DNA of 64,000 bases from Macrostomum lignano (Eukaryota): positions 1 through 64,000 of the forward strand of contig NIVC01001044.1 of the NCBI GenBank assembly GCA_002269645.1. Reading direction: 5' to 3'. The notes under the pieces were generated by a model. It was not told the DNA's origin. It saw only the letters and a program-made list of their open reading frames with translations, and made no database searches. Below are positions 60,101 through 64,000 of the stretch, piece after piece (position 1 is the first letter of the stretch; each line of letters begins with the position of its first letter). The position numbers and the translations under genes were made by a program.

Positions 60101-63100
60101 GTTAGCCTAATTTACCTCGATGATATAATAATAAAAGCACAGAATAATGACCAAATGATCGCGCACCTAGCGCTGGTGCTTTGGCAACTTCGCAAGGCCA
60201 ATCTGAAGATTAAACCTGCGAAGTGTGAGCTATTTAAAGACAGAGTTAAGTTCTTAGGGTTCATAGTCTCGTCTAACGGTATCGAAGCCGACCCAGCCAA
60301 GACTCGAGCGGTCCAAGAGTGGTGTAGACCGAAAGACAAGAAACAGTTAATGGCGTTTCTTGGCTTTGCCAACTATTATAGGAAATTCGTACAACGATTC
60401 TCAGTTATTGCCACGCCGCTGTACGCGCTGGCTAAAGGTTCGGAAAAGTTCGTGTGGTTAGAACGCCACGAACGCGCATTCCAAGAACTCAAGCGCTGTT
60501 TGTGCAACCCACCGGTATTAGCGTATCCGGACTTGTCTCCCGACAGTCGTGGGTTCGTGCTCGACTGCGACAGTTCACTTGAAGGAGTTGGCGGCGTGCT
60601 ATCTCAGATTGGCCCAGATGGGTCAGAACAAGTCGTTGCGTACGCATCTAAGAAATTTTCACAGAGTCAGTCGAACTATTGTGCAACCATGCGCGAGTTA
60701 CTAGGGTTAGTACTCATGCTAGAACACTTTCGTACATATCTGTTAGATCGACCTTTCACAGTCAGAGTGGATGCCGCAGCCCTGCAGTGGCTTCATTCTA
60801 AGAAACATGCCACAGGCATGCTCGCGCAGTGGCTCGCGACCATAGATTTGTACGAATTCAAGATCGAACAGTCAGCTCTTGAAAGAGTCGGAGAATACGA
60901 CTTTGAGGTCCAGTACCGGCCAGGGAAAGACCATGTCGTGGCAGATATGCTGAGCCGAAATCCTCGCTTTCGTGCCGATCACTTCGACTGCCCGTCATGC
61001 AGCACGGTACCTGAATTTCAAGAGAAATTTAAAAGCGAGAGGGCTAAAAAGTCAGCATCAGTTAACATCAGAAGGCAACAAGTTGACGCTGCAGTGCAAT
61101 GCTCTGTAGCGGACGTATGTTGCCAGACAGACTCGCCTGTCACGAGCTGTCACAATATCGAAACAGTAGTAGCATCAGCCTGTCAAACCGAAACATTCAC
61201 AAGCAACACATCAACACAGTGCACATTTTTCACTACAGTTCCGGTCACAGAGGCCGCTGTCGAAGCGACAATGCCAATCGAAACGTCTCGACTAGCAGTC
61301 AGGGTAGCTGAAGTCGAACAATCGGCATCCAGCGAATCCTCAGTCGAGTCAGTTGACCCGGAACTAGAATGGGCACGTGAATCACAAGAGACTTGCGTTG
61401 ACATCGCTCAGCTGATCGATTGCGTGCAGGGCCGTACAGAAAAGCCTCCTAAGGCTAGCCTGCAGAGTTGCAGTCGTGAAGTTAGAATCTTGTGGTCGCT
61501 GTTCGATGAACTGAAAGTCGAAAATGGGCTCTTATATCACCTTAAGCCGAAAAAGAACAAAAAATCAGTCAATAAGCTGTTAGTGATTCCAGAGACCGCA
61601 GATGTTGTCGAGTTGGTGTCAAAATACCACCGACAGCTCAATCACTGCGGCATCACAAAAACCCTGACAGCTATTCGATCTCGTTTCGCCATCGCCGACC
61701 TAGAAACTTATGTCAAGGGAATCATAGCTGAGTGTGACGTCTGCGCCAGAACAAAAAAGTCAAAACTGAAGCATAAAGCCCCGCTGCAGCCCGAACTCTC
61801 GGGCTACCCGAACCAGGTGGTCCACGTCGATCACGCAGGTCCGTTTCCCGAGCAAGCAGGATATAGGTACTTGCTCGTGATGGTTGACCGATTTTCGGGT
61901 TTTGTAGAGGTCATTCCCGTAGCCGATGTCTCAGCGGAAACGACTGCAGTCAATATCCTGACCGAATGGATCGCGAGATACGGGTGCATGGAACAGATAG
62001 TCTCGGACAACGGTACAGCCTTTGTCAACAGCACCGTATCTGAGCTCACTCGACTTCTCGAGGTGGACATGGCGCGTGTCACAGCACGACGTCCACAAGC
62101 GAACGGGAAGGTTGAGCGAATGATACAGACAGTTAAAGGTCAGATTCGTGCTATTTGCTTGGATCGGCAGTTCGATTGGCCTCTTGCAGCCCGGCTAGCA
62201 GCTCTCTCGATTCGGGCAACAGTCGCCGAATCCACTGGATTTTCTCCCGCAAAGATCTTCTTTGGACACGAGCTAAATCTGCCACTGGATCTGGTTCATA
62301 ATCCACCAGTTCAAGATAGGTACAGACCTGAACTGTATGCACATTATCTGCACCAGACGCTCGTTGAGGTATCAGCGGCTGCGCGCCATGCCCGTGGAAA
62401 GGCCCAAGAGCGCCAAAAGCGCTACTATGACCGCAGCGCGCTGAACTCTAACTTCGAGATAGGCGATCTTGTATGGGTCCTCAACGCCGACCATCGTGGC
62501 CTCGACAGTGCTGTCTGGTTTGGACCATACAAGGTGGTGCAAAAGATTTCGGAGAGGAATTACAGACTCATTCCAGAATTCGCTAGAATAAATCCTTTGG
62601 AGCGCATTCCCAACCCGTCTCACAATGTGTACAATGTCGATCGGATGAAGCGCTGTGTGCGCAAACAGACTTATGAAGATGTTGTGGACAGGTACGGGAC
62701 TCGCATGCCAGCCAGAATGCCGTCGTCAAGAGTAGGCTTGCGAGGAGACGACCAGTCTACCTGGTTGTCTTCGTGCTCCATCAACGGTTCCAATCAAAGT
62801 GCTGCGACTCAACCGCTCCAGGTATCAGAAAGTGCGTCATCAGCGCTTGTGGATGAGTCCCAGCAGGTTACCACAGTTGCCACTCCCGACCTGTCAGTTG
62901 CAGTGCCACCCCGCCGATGGAGCCCTTGGAAGGAGAGGCGGGAGTAATCGATGAAGGTGATCCGCACGAGGTTTCGAACGGTAAACAGAGTGGCAGAGCT
63001 GTGTTCGATGAAAATGGCGATCTGTTGGAGGAGGCGGCAGAAGATGTCACCGAGGAGCAAGCTCCGGCTGAAGACAGTCCCGTTAGGGGGGAAGCCGGTA

Positions 63101-63273
63101 TGCCGGTAGAAGCCATCGAGGATCCTGACAGTGAGACCACGATGGAAGCTGTCGCTCCACAAGAACAGATTGACGCCATTTCCTTGCCTCAATCGACACA
63201 GACGACTAGATCCGGAAGGATTGTTACCAAACCGGCACGTTTTCGAAATTTTCTAGCACAGCTATTTAATTAA
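57189..63273 (+). CDS. Gag-(CCHC)-(cold-shock domain)-protease-RT-RNaseH-integrase polyprotein
   Basis: 57189-57577 + 57667-62912 (putative intron removed), then a frameshift into the 62917-63273 ORF. Motifs: CYRCGGEDHFIADC, LDSGA, YLDD, LDCDSS..GVGGVL, H..LNH..C..C, VDHAGP/SDNG/KVER, terminal TRSGRIVTKPARF. Confidence 0.9.
58445..58651 (+). other. Cold-shock domain (OB fold) inside retrotransposon Gag
   Basis: GSIVSWKGNFGFIQSEQLPDQLFFHRGEL...LVGTRVQFHRKIDSGKKRDQACGVRP has RNP1 (KGNFGFI), RNP2 (LFFH), the L..G..V.F strand and the terminal A..V strand of CSDs. Confidence 0.85.
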
Positions 63274-64000
63274 TAAAAATCGATCGCAACTCGCTCGGAC
63301 CGGGTAAAATTAATATTCATAAAATATTCCTTTAAAAACGCATAAAAACTAATATAATTGTCACAAGGAAAAAAATAAACAGGGTTGTTCCAAGATAACA
63401 AAGTACAGAGTTCATACATCATCAGTTCATACATGTAGTTTATGGTCCTAGAGTTTAGTTAATTTGCATCGTCATTCAATCGCGTGTCGTCTGTACTTAA
63501 GTAGCGCTTGTCGGTCTTTAGCGCGTTTTCTACCGCCGTTGTCAAGCCTGTGTGGCTGTGCAGAGCACCATAGGGTCTCTGTTCGTCTGGTTCCGGGGTC
63601 GGTTCCGGCGCCGTTGATCGGCGTGCCCTTGCGGTCGTTCTTGATCGGTCCCCGGCTGGGTTCGTGTTTGTGCGCGGACCTGAGCTCGCCTCCGGGCTTG
63701 CTCGAATTCTTTTCCCGTTTCTCTCGTGCTCCGTTTGCTTGGTGTTTCTAGGTTGCTAGGTGCGCCCTGTTTCGTCTCGCTTTGGTGTGTTCTCTTAGTC
63801 ATAGGGTGTGCCTGTGCCGGTTTTGCGTCTCGTGATTTGCTTTGTAGTGTTTTGAGTTGGTTTGCGACACCTTTGATATTTCCTATAATTAATCATTGTG
63901 TGTACTTTAATTCGGCTCTAACTCGTTGCACCAAATATCGTTCAATATTTTGAAATGCGAGAAGCATTTCTTTGACAAATATCTGTTTTAATTCCTGTTC

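Larger units (their letters stand above)
55802..63273 (+). mobile_element. Ty3/Gypsy LTR retrotransposon (3' LTR not inside the window)
   Basis: LTR with TGTGAC...GTCACA ends, then PBS, gag and a PR-RT-RH-IN domain order diagnostic of Ty3/Gypsy. Coding region nearly intact. Confidence 0.95.

Noticed and set aside
37240-62947. Programmed -1 ribosomal frameshifting as the explanation for the broken ORFs
   Set aside because: No X XXY YYZ slippery sites; the same 1-nt homopolymer loss in unrelated genes points to sequencing error.

Overview
Eukaryotic (metazoan) genomic DNA with GC-rich exons and introns largely filled by minisatellites, which suggests a free-living flatworm such as Macrostomum (inference only). 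I reconstructed six spliced genes by hand from GT/AG sites and reading-frame phases. Five are on the minus strand: an RBR/RING1-type ubiquitin-ligase-like gene (173-6495, partial), a conserved HEAT-repeat protein (8597-14942, 5' end not found), a membrane-anchored protein with a C-terminal OTULIN/FAM105-like domain (19314-27150), PRP40 (36939-41542) and WDR34/DYNC2I2 (42604-47154). One is on the plus strand: a secreted PAN/Apple + LamG-like protein (54389-55613). An assembly gap lies at 34352-34546. The window ends in a young Ty3/Gypsy LTR retrotransposon (5' LTR 55802-56450, tRNA-Gln primer site, 3' LTR not in the window). This element is the most unusual object here. It has (i) a cold-shock domain between the Gag zinc knuckle and the protease, (ii) an apparent 89-nt spliceosomal intron interrupting gag, and (iii) a cluster of TQT/xQC LC8 (dynein light chain)-binding-like motifs between RNase H and integrase plus one in the C-terminal tail. 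Five separate 1-nt deletions in short homopolymers break otherwise intact ORFs, most likely long-read assembly errors. Positions 27.6-36.4 kb and 47.2-54.3 kb stayed mostly unannotated.
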